Source of the DNA: an uncultured Gammaproteobacteria bacterium
GTDB taxonomy: Bacteria; Pseudomonadota; Gammaproteobacteria; UBA9214
Assembly (NCBI GenBank): GCA_905479705.1
Contig: CAJQNP010000170.1
Location: 1-39,740 of the forward strand
DNA: 39,740 bases
Direction of reading: 5' to 3'
Under the pieces are notes generated by a model. The model saw nothing but the letters and a program-made list of their open reading frames with translations, did not search any database and was not told the origin of the DNA. Position 1 is the first letter of the stretch. Each line of letters begins with the position of its first letter. A program made the translations under genes and the position numbers. This document shows positions 11,607 to 19,415 of the stretch, one piece after another.

Positions 11607-11678
11607 GCAGGGTCGAACTCATTCGCCCGGCCGACCGGGTCAATATTACTGCCGATGGTCGAATGAATTCGACCCTGC
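11607..11678. repeat. palindromic intergenic element of a different sequence family (19-nt arms, 34-nt loop)
   Basis: GCAGGGTCGAACTCATTCG (11607-11625) pairs with CGAATGAATTCGACCCTGC (11660-11678), 1 mismatch. The right arm contains the sub-palindrome GGTCGAAT-GA-ATTCGACC. The loop contains CCCGG-CCGA-CCGGG. Confidence 0.75.
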
Positions 11679-11785
11679 GGTCATGCCAGCTACTGGTTTA
11701 CTCCCTGGATCAGGGGGACACCTGTCTTCGGCAAGCGTCTGCATGGTAAGCGCTGCCGGCAGGCATTAACAGAGATGATATCGGC

Positions 11786-12862
11786 TCAGCTGGACTCATT
11801 CGCTTGCGGTAGCGCTTCGACCGGCTGGGCGTCGATCCCTGGTCCCAGCATGATGGCCATCCAGCGGGTATCCGGGCGGACCTCCAGGGCAATCTTGGCG
11901 GCGATGGTCAGCGGCACCGAGAGCAGCATGCCCACCGGCCCCAGTACCCAGCCCCAGAACACCAGGGACAGAAACACCACCAGCGTCGACAGCCCCAGCC
12001 CCTCCCCCATGTAACGCGGCTCCAGGAAGGTCCCGATGACCACGTTGATGACCAGGAAGCCACCGGCGACCAGTGCCGCCTGTGTGACACCCAGCTGGAT
12101 CAGCGCCAGCAGCACCGCGGGTATCGCGGCGATGATAGAGCCGATATTCGGTATGAAATTCAGCAGGAAGGCCAGTACGCCCCAGAGCATCGGGTAATCC
12201 ACGCCAACCAGTGACAACAGCACAACCACCGCCACCGCTGTCCCTAGACTGGTGAGCATCTTGATACCCATGTAGTGGTTGATGCTCTTTGCCGTGTCAC
12301 TGAAGCGTGCCAGCGACTCCTCCGCGCCCTCGCGGGCAACACGCCACTTGACGGGAAAGCTGGCCGCCTCGAGTAAAATAAACACCACGGTAATCAGGAT
12401 CATGAAACTGTTGGTGAGCATGTTGCCCATGCTGCCGAGCACGTTCGCCGCCATCTTCATGGCCTTGCCGGGATCGGCATAACTCGACAGCAGGTCCCTG
12501 CTGGTGTGGATTCCCACGCTGCCGAGCCAGTCGACAACACCCTGCAGCATCTCCTTCATGCGCGCCTCGTAAACCGGGTAGCTGCCGGTGAACTCCTGCA
12601 CCGAAGACCCGATCAGGGTGCCGATCACGATCGTGACAAACACCAGCACGGCCAGCACGACCAGCAAGGCGAGGCCGGCTGGCAGGCCCTTGTGCTGCAA
12701 CCAGTCAAAGGGTGCAGCTACCAGGATGGAGATAAACACGGCCAGCAGGAACGGTACCAGCAGCGGTGCTGCCAGCTTCATTCCGGTGACGACAATGACA
12801 AGGGCTGCCAGCGAAACCAGCAGCCCGCCCGTCATTGCCCTGGATTCATTGCCCATAGACAT
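11786..12862 (-). CDS. AI-2E family (PerM/TqsA-like) membrane transporter
   Basis: 358-aa polytopic membrane ORF with family-typical segments (LLNFIPNIGSIIAAIPAVLLAL, FLEPRYMGEGLGLSTLVVFLSLVFWGWVLGPVGMLLSVPLT). Confidence 0.8.
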   Translation of the reverse strand: MSMGNESRAMTGGLLVSLAALVIVVTGMKLAAPLLVPFLLAVFISILVAAPFDWLQHKGLPAGLALLVVLAVLVFVTIVIGTLIGSSVQEFTGSYPVYEARMKEMLQGVVDWLGSVGIHTSRDLLSSYADPGKAMKMAANVLGSMGNMLTNSFMILITVVFILLEAASFPVKWRVAREGAEESLARFSDTAKSINHYMGIKMLTSLGTAVAVVVLLSLVGVDYPMLWGVLAFLLNFIPNIGSIIAAIPAVLLALIQLGVTQAALVAGGFLVINVVIGTFLEPRYMGEGLGLSTLVVFLSLVFWGWVLGPVGMLLSVPLTIAAKIALEVRPDTRWMAIMLGPGIDAQPVEALPQANESS

Positions 12863-12999
12863 CCACGTGTACAGTGACCAAGACCAGCCACCTTATAGCA
12901 GGCTGACCCGTGAAAGAACACCATCCGGCGGGTTTTATGCCTCCCGCTGCAGTGATCAGGCTATAATCCGTCGCCCAATTCATCAGCAAGGAACCCACA

Positions 13000-13719
13000 A
13001 TGCGCCCAAGTGAACGAGCCCCGGACGAGATGCGCCATGTGCGCATCACACGCAACTACACCAAGCATGCCGAGGGCTCCGTGCTCGTCGAGTTTGGCGA
13101 TACCCGGGTGCTGTGCAACGCCACGGTCGAGGAACGCGTGCCGGGTTTTCTGCGCGGCAAGGGTGAGGGCTGGGTGACGGCCGAGTACGGCATGCTGCCA
13201 CGCTCTACCAACAGCCGCATGGGACGCGAGGCCGCACGCGGCAAGCAGGGCGGACGCACCATGGAGATACAGCGACTCATCGGTCGCTCGCTGCGCGCCG
13301 TCATGGACATGAAGCTGCTGGGCGAACGTTCTATCACCGTCGACTGCGACGTCATACAGGCCGACGGCGGCACACGCACGGCAAGTATCACCGGTGGTTA
13401 CGTTGCACTCGCCGATGCCATTCAATCCCTGCTGGACGACAAGGTGCTCGACAAGAACCCGCTGAACGGCCGCGTCGCCTCGGTCTCCGTCGGCATCTAC
13501 CAGGGCACGCCGGTACTCGACCTGGACTATCCGGAAGACTGCAACGCGGAGACCGACATGAACGTGGTCATGAGTGATGCCGGTGACTTCATCGAGGTAC
13601 AGGGTACCGCCGAGGGTCACCCGTTCAGCCAGGACGAACTCAACAACATGCTGACCCTGGCAAAGAAAGGCGTCAGTGAACTGCTGGCCAGCCAGCAGGC
13701 CGCACTGGCCGGGGAGTAA
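13000..13719 (+). CDS. rph: ribonuclease PH
   Basis: 239 aa. [39 protein letters not shown]... is canonical RNase PH. SD AAGGAA lies 8 nt upstream. Confidence 0.95.
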   Translation: MRPSERAPDEMRHVRITRNYTKHAEGSVLVEFGDTRVLCNATVEERVPGFLRGKGEGWVTAEYGMLPRSTNSRMGREAARGKQGGRTMEIQRLIGRSLRAVMDMKLLGERSITVDCDVIQADGGTRTASITGGYVALADAIQSLLDDKVLDKNPLNGRVASVSVGIYQGTPVLDLDYPEDCNAETDMNVVMSDAGDFIEVQGTAEGHPFSQDELNNMLTLAKKGVSELLASQQAALAGE

Positions 13720-13724
13720 TCATC

Positions 13725-14324
13725 GTGCAGGACATCGTGCTGGCCAGCAGCAACCCGGGGAAGGTGCGCGAGATCAATCAACTGCTCGCGGAACTGGACC
13801 TGCAGGTGCGCCCCCAGAGTGAGTTCAATGTCGTCGATGCCGAGGAAACCGGCCTGACATTCGTGGAGAACGCCATCCTCAAGGCGCGCAATGCCGCGCA
13901 GCATACCGGCCTGCCGGCCATAGCAGACGATTCCGGTATCGAGGTGGACGCCCTCAGGGGGGCACCCGGCATCTACTCGGCACGCTTTGCCGGTGCCGGC
14001 GCCAGCGACCGCGAAAACCTCGACAAGTTACTCGCCGGGCTGGAGGACGTGCCCGAGGCACAGCGCAGTGCCCGCTTTCAGTGCCTGATGGTTTACCTGC
14101 GCCATGCCGGCGACCCGACCCCGCTGATCTGCCAGAGCACCTGGGAAGGTCGCATCCTGACGGCCGCGCGCGGTGCCAACGGCTTCGGCTACGACCCGGT
14201 CTTTTATGTGCCGACACACGACTGTTCCTCGGCCGAGCTGCCGGCCGACGTCAAGAATTCACTCAGTCACCGCGGGCAGGCCTTGCGACAACTCGTCAGC
14301 GCCCTGCAACACAACAGCGCATAG
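13725..14324 (+). CDS. rdgB: non-canonical purine NTP pyrophosphatase (Ham1/ITPase)
   Basis: 199 aa with a GTG start. Motifs ASSNPGKVREI and GFGYDPVF. Conserved rph-rdgB-hemW order. Confidence 0.9.
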   Translation: MQDIVLASSNPGKVREINQLLAELDLQVRPQSEFNVVDAEETGLTFVENAILKARNAAQHTGLPAIADDSGIEVDALRGAPGIYSARFAGAGASDRENLDKLLAGLEDVPEAQRSARFQCLMVYLRHAGDPTPLICQSTWEGRILTAARGANGFGYDPVFYVPTHDCSSAELPADVKNSLSHRGQALRQLVSALQHNSA

Positions 14325-14363
14325 ACACACGGGCATCATCACGGCACACCTGCCCCGGCCTGC

Positions 14364-15548
14364 ATGTTCAACTTCACGGCAACACCCCCGCTGTCACTCT
14401 ACATCCATATTCCATGGTGTGTGCGCAAATGCCCCTACTGCGATTTCAACTCGCATGAAGCACGCGACGCCATCCCCGAGCAGGACTACATACGGGCGCT
14501 GGTTGCCGACCTCGAACAGGATCTGGCGTCCGTCTGGGGACGCAGCGTCGAGACCGTGTTCCTCGGTGGCGGCACACCCAGCCTGTTTTCCCCGCAGGGC
14601 ATCGAACGCCTGCTCGGCGAGGTGCGCGCCCGCATCCCGCTGAAGCCCGCCGCCGAGATTACCCTTGAGGCCAATCCGGGCACCGTTGACCAGGCACGCT
14701 TTGCAGGCTTCCGGGAGGCCGGCATCAACCGCCTGTCCATGGGTATCCAGAGTTTCCAGGACGAACTGTTAGGCGCAATCGGTCGTATCCACAGCGCACA
14801 GGATGCAATCTCGGCCGTCGAGGCAGCACGCAGCGCCGGCTTTGACAATTTCAATCTCGACCTGATGTTTGGCCTGCCGGGACAGACCACCGCGCAGGCA
14901 CTGGCAGACCTGCAGCAGGCCATTCGGCTGGAGCCCGCACACCTCTCCTGGTACGAGCTGACGATTGAACCGAACACCTGGTTCCATCGCCACCCGCCAG
15001 AGCGGCCCGCTGACGACACCCTGCTGGCCATGCAGGCCGGGGGACAGGCGCTGCTGGCCGAGGCCGGTTACCAGCGCTACGAGGTCTCCGCCTTCGCCAG
15101 GCCGGGCAGGCAGTGCCGCCACAACCTCAACTACTGGCAGTTCGGTGACTACCTGGGCATCGGTGCCGGCGCCCACGCAAAGATAACCGCTGCGGCAACC
15201 CAAACCGTGCGGCGCGTTGCCAAGCTGAAACACCCGCGCAGCTACATCGACAGCGCACACAGTGCCGCGCGCATCAGCAGCAGCGATGAACTCTCGGTCG
15301 CAGACGTCATACTGGAATTCGTCATGAACAGCCTGCGACTCGATGCCGGTTTTAGCTCGGCAGAATTCACCGCCGCGACCGGCCTGCCCTGGTCACGAAT
15401 CGAACCCCGGCTGAACGATGCCATTGAAAAAGGCTGGCTGAGCGAGAACAATGGGCGCATTCATACCACGCCGAAAGGGCAACGTTACCTGGACGAGTTA
15501 TTGCAACAGTGGTTACCGGAACCCTCACGGCATGCTGAAACACGTTGA
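14364..15548 (+). CDS. hemW: radical-SAM haem chaperone HemW (HemN-like)
   Basis: 394 aa. Radical-SAM motif HIPWCVRKCPYCDFNS and a HemN C-terminal domain. Confidence 0.9.
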   Translation: MFNFTATPPLSLYIHIPWCVRKCPYCDFNSHEARDAIPEQDYIRALVADLEQDLASVWGRSVETVFLGGGTPSLFSPQGIERLLGEVRARIPLKPAAEITLEANPGTVDQARFAGFREAGINRLSMGIQSFQDELLGAIGRIHSAQDAISAVEAARSAGFDNFNLDLMFGLPGQTTAQALADLQQAIRLEPAHLSWYELTIEPNTWFHRHPPERPADDTLLAMQAGGQALLAEAGYQRYEVSAFARPGRQCRHNLNYWQFGDYLGIGAGAHAKITAAATQTVRRVAKLKHPRSYIDSAHSAARISSSDELSVADVILEFVMNSLRLDAGFSSAEFTAATGLPWSRIEPRLNDAIEKGWLSENNGRIHTTPKGQRYLDELLQQWLPEPSRHAETR

Positions 15549-15714
15549 CTGCCCCTATTGCGGCGAACCCTTCGAGACCAGCGTCGATGTTTCCGGCGGC
15601 GACCAGCACTACATCGAGGACTGCCCGGTGTGCTGCCGGCCGATCGAATGTCACCTCGCGGTGGCAGTGGACGGCGAACAGGCAACACTGACAACCCGGC
15701 GTGACGATGACTGA
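15532..15714 (+). CDS. CPXCG-motif cysteine-rich zinc-ribbon protein
   Basis: 60 aa from ATG 15532: MLKHVDCPYCGEPF...IEDCPVCCRPIECH, giving two CxxC pairs. The track ORF begins at 15451, but that part lies inside hemW. Overlaps the hemW stop by 17 nt and the rof start. Confidence 0.7.
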   Translation: MLKHVDCPYCGEPFETSVDVSGGDQHYIEDCPVCCRPIECHLAVAVDGEQATLTTRRDDD

Positions 15715-15946
15715 CTACACGCCTGTCGACTGTGGCCTGCACAGTAGCTGTGAACTGGCCATCATGCAGCATCAGCAGCTCAGGCTGAGCTGGCTGGACA
15801 ACGCAGCAACCCTGCACACCGAGACAGTGCTGCCCACCGACCTGGTGAAGCGCAACGGCGAGGAATTCATGCGAATCAGCCGCGCCGGCGGTGATAGCCT
15901 GGATATCCGCCTGGACCGCATCGAACGACTCGAACCGGCCCGTTAA
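15701..15946 (+). CDS. rof: Rof-family Rho-binding antiterminator
   Basis: 81 aa. MTMTDYTPVDCGLHSSCELAI...DIRLDRIERLEP aligns along its length with E. coli Rof/YaeO as I remember it (MSMNDTYQPINCDDYDNLELAC...ELRLDKITSF). The start is GTG 15701 or ATG 15707. Confidence 0.75.
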   Translation: MTMTDYTPVDCGLHSSCELAIMQHQQLRLSWLDNAATLHTETVLPTDLVKRNGEEFMRISRAGGDSLDIRLDRIERLEPAR

Positions 15947-15980
15947 TGCCCCCCTGCCCTGCGACCGATAACCGCTGGTA

Positions 15981-17453
15981 ATGAACGACCTACACGACCT
16001 CGAACTGCTGTTGCGCTCGCGTGTCCCGCTGATCCTTATCGAGACCCGCGACGAGAAACGCGTCGCCGGCCTGTTTGCCGAGCTCGCCGTCTCGCTGGCG
16101 ATACCGGTCATGGCGTGGTCGGCGACCACCGGCATGCAACGCATCGACTACGAGGCCGCGCCACAGCGCCATGCCAGCGAACCGCAGCAGGCGCTGGGCC
16201 AGATCAGGGCAACCGCTACCCCGGGCATTTACCTGTTAATGGACTTCCATCCCTACCTGGATGATGCCTACAACGTCAGGCTGCTCAAGGAGATCGCGCT
16301 GGAGTATGCCGACCTCGGACACACCCTGGTACTGGTCAGCCACGAGCTGGAGCTGCCAGCGGAACTGGCCGGTTTCAGTGCACACTTCAACCTGTCCTTG
16401 CCCGACAGCGAGCGGCTGGAGGACATTATCCAGGATGAGGCCGGCCACTGGTCAGAACAGCACAGGGGCGAAAAGGTCCGAACGAATCGCCGCACCCTGG
16501 ACCTGGTTATTAATCAGTTGCGCGGACTCACGGGCAGTGATGCCCGCCGCGTCATTCGGCGCATCATCCATGATGACGGCGCCATCAATGGAGAGGATCT
16601 CGATCGCGTTACCCGGGCGCGTTACCAGTTACTCGACACCAACGGGGCGCTGTCCTGCGAGTTCGACACCAGTGACTTTGCGGGCGTCGGCGGACTGAAT
16701 AAACTGAAACGCTGGATCGAGTTGCGCCGCGCTGTCTTTTTAAAACCGGATGCAGCCCTCGACCCGCCACGCGGCATCCTGCTGGTGGGTGTGCAGGGCG
16801 GCGGCAAGAGCCTGGCGGCCAAGGCCGTCGCCGGCATGTGGTCTGTGCCCCTGCTAAGGTTTGACATTGGCACCCTGTACAACAAGTTTCACGGCGAGAC
16901 CGAGCGCAACCTGCGCGAGGCACTGCGCGCCGCCGAGGCGATGGCGCCCTGCGTCCTGTGGATCGATGAAATCGAGAAGGCCATTGCCGCCGGTGACAAT
17001 GACGGCGGCACCTCGCGACGCATGCTCGGCAGCCTGCTGACGTGGATGGCAGAACGCACGGCGCCGGTCTTTATCGTGGCAACGGCCAACGTCATCGAAC
17101 ACCTGCCACCCGAACTGGTGCGCAAGGGCCGGCTCGATGAAATATTTTTTGTTGATCTGCCCGATGCCGCAACGCGCGCGGAGATCTTTGCGATTCACCT
17201 GCGCAAGCGCGAGCACAAACCGGTGGATTTCGACATCCTGCAACTGGCCAATCTGACCGGGGGCTTTTCAGGCGCCGAGATCGAACAGGCGATCGTCGCA
17301 GCCACCTACCTCGCCCGGGAACAGGGCACTAACCTGGCCACCGACCACGTCATCACCGAGATACAACAGACCCGGCCACTGTCGCAGGTGATGGCCGAAC
17401 CACTGGCGCGGCTGCGCCAGTGGGCACAGGACCGTACCGTACCCGCCAACTAG
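15981..17453 (+). CDS. classical-clade AAA+ ATPase with a degenerate N-terminal domain (Ycf46-like)
   Basis: 490 aa. Walker A GVQGGGKS, Walker B VLWIDEIEK and SRH arginines PPELVRKGRLDE. The N-terminal ~230 aa lack nucleotide-binding motifs (VPLILIETRDEKRV, IYLLMDFHPYL). Confidence 0.8.
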   Translation: MNDLHDLELLLRSRVPLILIETRDEKRVAGLFAELAVSLAIPVMAWSATTGMQRIDYEAAPQRHASEPQQALGQIRATATPGIYLLMDFHPYLDDAYNVRLLKEIALEYADLGHTLVLVSHELELPAELAGFSAHFNLSLPDSERLEDIIQDEAGHWSEQHRGEKVRTNRRTLDLVINQLRGLTGSDARRVIRRIIHDDGAINGEDLDRVTRARYQLLDTNGALSCEFDTSDFAGVGGLNKLKRWIELRRAVFLKPDAALDPPRGILLVGVQGGGKSLAAKAVAGMWSVPLLRFDIGTLYNKFHGETERNLREALRAAEAMAPCVLWIDEIEKAIAAGDNDGGTSRRMLGSLLTWMAERTAPVFIVATANVIEHLPPELVRKGRLDEIFFVDLPDAATRAEIFAIHLRKREHKPVDFDILQLANLTGGFSGAEIEQAIVAATYLAREQGTNLATDHVITEIQQTRPLSQVMAEPLARLRQWAQDRTVPAN

Positions 17454-17755
17454 TCACGGCCGCCGCTGGACACGCCGCCAGCGGTCGAGCGGACCCCCTC
17501 ATTGCCAGGATCAGCGGCCAGCAGTTATGAACAAGCTATAAACAGCCGCAATCCGCACAGCACCACGTCCAGGCCACGCGCTGTGATTGTCAGTATATTC
17601 GGGCGCCCGCCATGGAAAGCGCCGCAAACAAAACATATCTCATTGATATTAATCGTCTATTATTTTGTCTCGAATAATTCCGGTCGGAATTGATTGTTAG
17701 CAAGCGACAGGGCCCGACGCGCTTATCTCAGATCACCCACACACTTTCCAGCAGG

Positions 17756-17776
17756 TTATCCACACAGTTATCCACA
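17756..17776 (+). promoter_or_regulatory. two tandem perfect DnaA boxes (TTATCCACA-CAG-TTATCCACA)
   Basis: Exact 9-mer matches at 17756-17764 and 17768-17776, in the same orientation. The sequence match is certain. The function is not established. Confidence 0.6.
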
Positions 17777-17919
17777 GGTTTTGGGGGCTGCCCCACCCCG
17801 TTAAAACTCCCCCACCTGTAGCACCGACGTCCAATAGGCGACCCCGGGGGCACATGCTAGTCTGGCTGCAACAACATAATAACGAGGCACGCCCGTCGAC
17901 CACGGCAGCGGGACAGCAC

Positions 17920-18300
17920 ATGGACATCACCAGAAAACGCCCGAAATTTGATTTCGACGCCTGGGCAGAACTGGCCCGGAAAGACCCACAGGCCTTTGAA
18001 CTGGAAAGAAAACTGCTCATCGAGCGGGCCATTATGAAGGCCCCGGCCGAGAAGCAACAGCGGCTGCGCTGCCTGCAGTGGAAGCTCGACCAGATCCGCG
18101 ACCTGGCGAGCACCCCGATGGCCGCTTGCCTGCAGATCAACCGGCTGCTGTGGGAGCACATCTGCAGCGAACGCGGCCTGCTACACAGCCTTGAACGCCT
18201 GCAATCGCTGGGAAATAACCCGGAAGCCCCGCAATCCACTGCAAAAATCCTGCAATTTCATGAAGGTGCGCCAACCAGCTTGCCGCCCTCGGACGAATGA
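17920..18300 (+). CDS. DUF3135-like small protein
   Basis: 126 aa from ATG 17920 (MDITRKRPKFDFDAWAELARKDPQAFELERKLLIERAI...). The pattern matches my recollection of DUF3135. The track ORF starts 66 nt earlier at 17854. Confidence 0.6.
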   Translation: MDITRKRPKFDFDAWAELARKDPQAFELERKLLIERAIMKAPAEKQQRLRCLQWKLDQIRDLASTPMAACLQINRLLWEHICSERGLLHSLERLQSLGNNPEAPQSTAKILQFHEGAPTSLPPSDE

Positions 18301-18375
18301 CGTATTATCCCCGGCCTTTTCACGGTCGCGGATAAACCGCCACCGATTGCAGCATGATTTGATCCAGAGGCAGTT

Positions 18376-18576
18376 ATGAAACCTGACACACATCCGGCGT
18401 ACGACACCATCAATGTGACCTGCAGCTGCGGCTCCAGCTTCGAGACTCGCTCGACCGTTGGCAAGGACCTCTCCATTGAAGTCTGCTCACAATGCCATCC
18501 TTTTTATACAGGCAAGCAGAAGATGGTTGATACCGGCGGCCGCGTCGACAAGTTCCGCAAGCGCTACGGTAACTGA
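18376..18576 (+). CDS. rpmE: 50S ribosomal protein L31 (zinc-binding type A)
   Basis: 66 aa. [27 protein letters not shown]...[13 protein letters not shown] is canonical L31 with CxC...CxxC. SD AGAGG upstream. Confidence 0.95.
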   Translation: MKPDTHPAYDTINVTCSCGSSFETRSTVGKDLSIEVCSQCHPFYTGKQKMVDTGGRVDKFRKRYGN

Positions 18577-18608
18577 TCACGAACACAATGCCTGCAGCGG
18601 TATTCAGC

Positions 18609-18641
18609 AAAGGGGCGTCCATCATGGCCGCCCCTTTTTCA
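18609..18641 (+). terminator. intrinsic terminator after rpmE
   Basis: AAAGGGGCG-T-CC [ATCAT] GG-C-CGCCCCTTT followed by TTCATT. It starts 33 nt after the rpmE stop. The stem is 11 bp with one mismatch. Confidence 0.6.
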
Positions 18642-19415
18642 TTGTGGCTGCTTGCACTCGCCCTGTTGTTTGCCCTGCTCCCGCAGGCAGCGTACGCATC
18701 GGCGTGCCCGGCAACCTCAAGCAGCGAACGCGTCCATGTTGTCTACGTCTATGATGGCGATACCGTAAAGCTGAGCGATGGCCGGCGCCTGCGCCTCATC
18801 GGTATCAACACACCGGAACTCGGCAACGAAGACCCGACCACCGAACCCCTGGCAAACGAGGCGCGCGCCCGGCTGCAGGAACTGATCAACACGAACAACA
18901 GGACCCTGCTGTTGCAGCACGATGCACAGCACAAGGATCACTACGGTCGCCTGCTGGCACATGGCTTCACCGAGAGCGGTGATAACGTCGCCAGCATGCT
19001 GCTGCAACGGGGACTGGCCACGACACTGGTGGTGCCACCCAATACCTGGGGCATGCATTGCTACCAGCGTCTTGAAAACGATGCACGCATCGACCGGCGT
19101 GGTGTTTGGGGGCTGCCGGCCTACCAGTCACGGCCTGCCCGGCAACTACCGCCGGACACAAAGGGCTACCGTATCGTACAGGGACGCGTCAACGATGTTC
19201 GCGAAGCAAAACACAACGTCTGGATCGACCTCGATGGCCCCCTCACACTGCAGATATCAAGAAAGGACCTGGCCAATTTTGACTCGCTGGCATCCTTGCC
19301 GGGCACCGATGTCGAGGTCCGCGGCTGGATCAGGCAGGTGGAGGGTGACCTGCGCATGAGTCTGCAGCACCCGGCGGCACTGACCATAATTACTGCGCAA
19401 CCTGTAAGGCACTGA
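18624..19415 (+). CDS. secreted thermonuclease (SNase)-family nuclease with an extra C-terminal domain
   Basis: Signal-peptide-like N-terminus MAAPFSLWLLALALLFALLPQAAYASA. SNase core VYDGDTVKL...LRLIGINTPE...DHYGRLLAH. About 100 aa of C-terminal extension. The start is ATG 18624 (SD AAGGGG 8 nt upstream) or ATG 18588. Confidence 0.75.
   Translation: MAAPFSLWLLALALLFALLPQAAYASACPATSSSERVHVVYVYDGDTVKLSDGRRLRLIGINTPELGNEDPTTEPLANEARARLQELINTNNRTLLLQHDAQHKDHYGRLLAHGFTESGDNVASMLLQRGLATTLVVPPNTWGMHCYQRLENDARIDRRGVWGLPAYQSRPARQLPPDTKGYRIVQGRVNDVREAKHNVWIDLDGPLTLQISRKDLANFDSLASLPGTDVEVRGWIRQVEGDLRMSLQHPAALTIITAQPVRH

Noticed and set aside
12962-12967. rph promoter based on a perfect TATAAT
   Set aside because: No acceptable -35 or extended -10 is present at 16-18 nt spacing. 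I mention it only as context and do not list it as a feature.
12961-13620. 219-aa minus-strand ORF
   Set aside because: It lies antisense to canonical RNase PH and shows no motifs.
17502-17693. 63-aa ORF in the AT-rich gap
   Set aside because: There is no SD, and the composition changes abruptly from the GC-rich to the AT-rich part. It is more likely non-coding regulatory DNA.
17454-17919. Calling this gap a complete oriC
   Set aside because: Only two perfect boxes and one degenerate box are visible. The AT tract is short (about 75 nt) with no obvious 13-mer repeats. No dnaA, dnaN, gidA or rpmH lies nearby. I kept it as a DnaA-binding-site finding rather than an origin call.
17733-18239. 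168-aa Cys/Ser/Arg-rich minus-strand ORF
   Set aside because: It lies antisense to the DUF3135-like gene, which has the recognisable family pattern, and it would run through the DnaA boxes.
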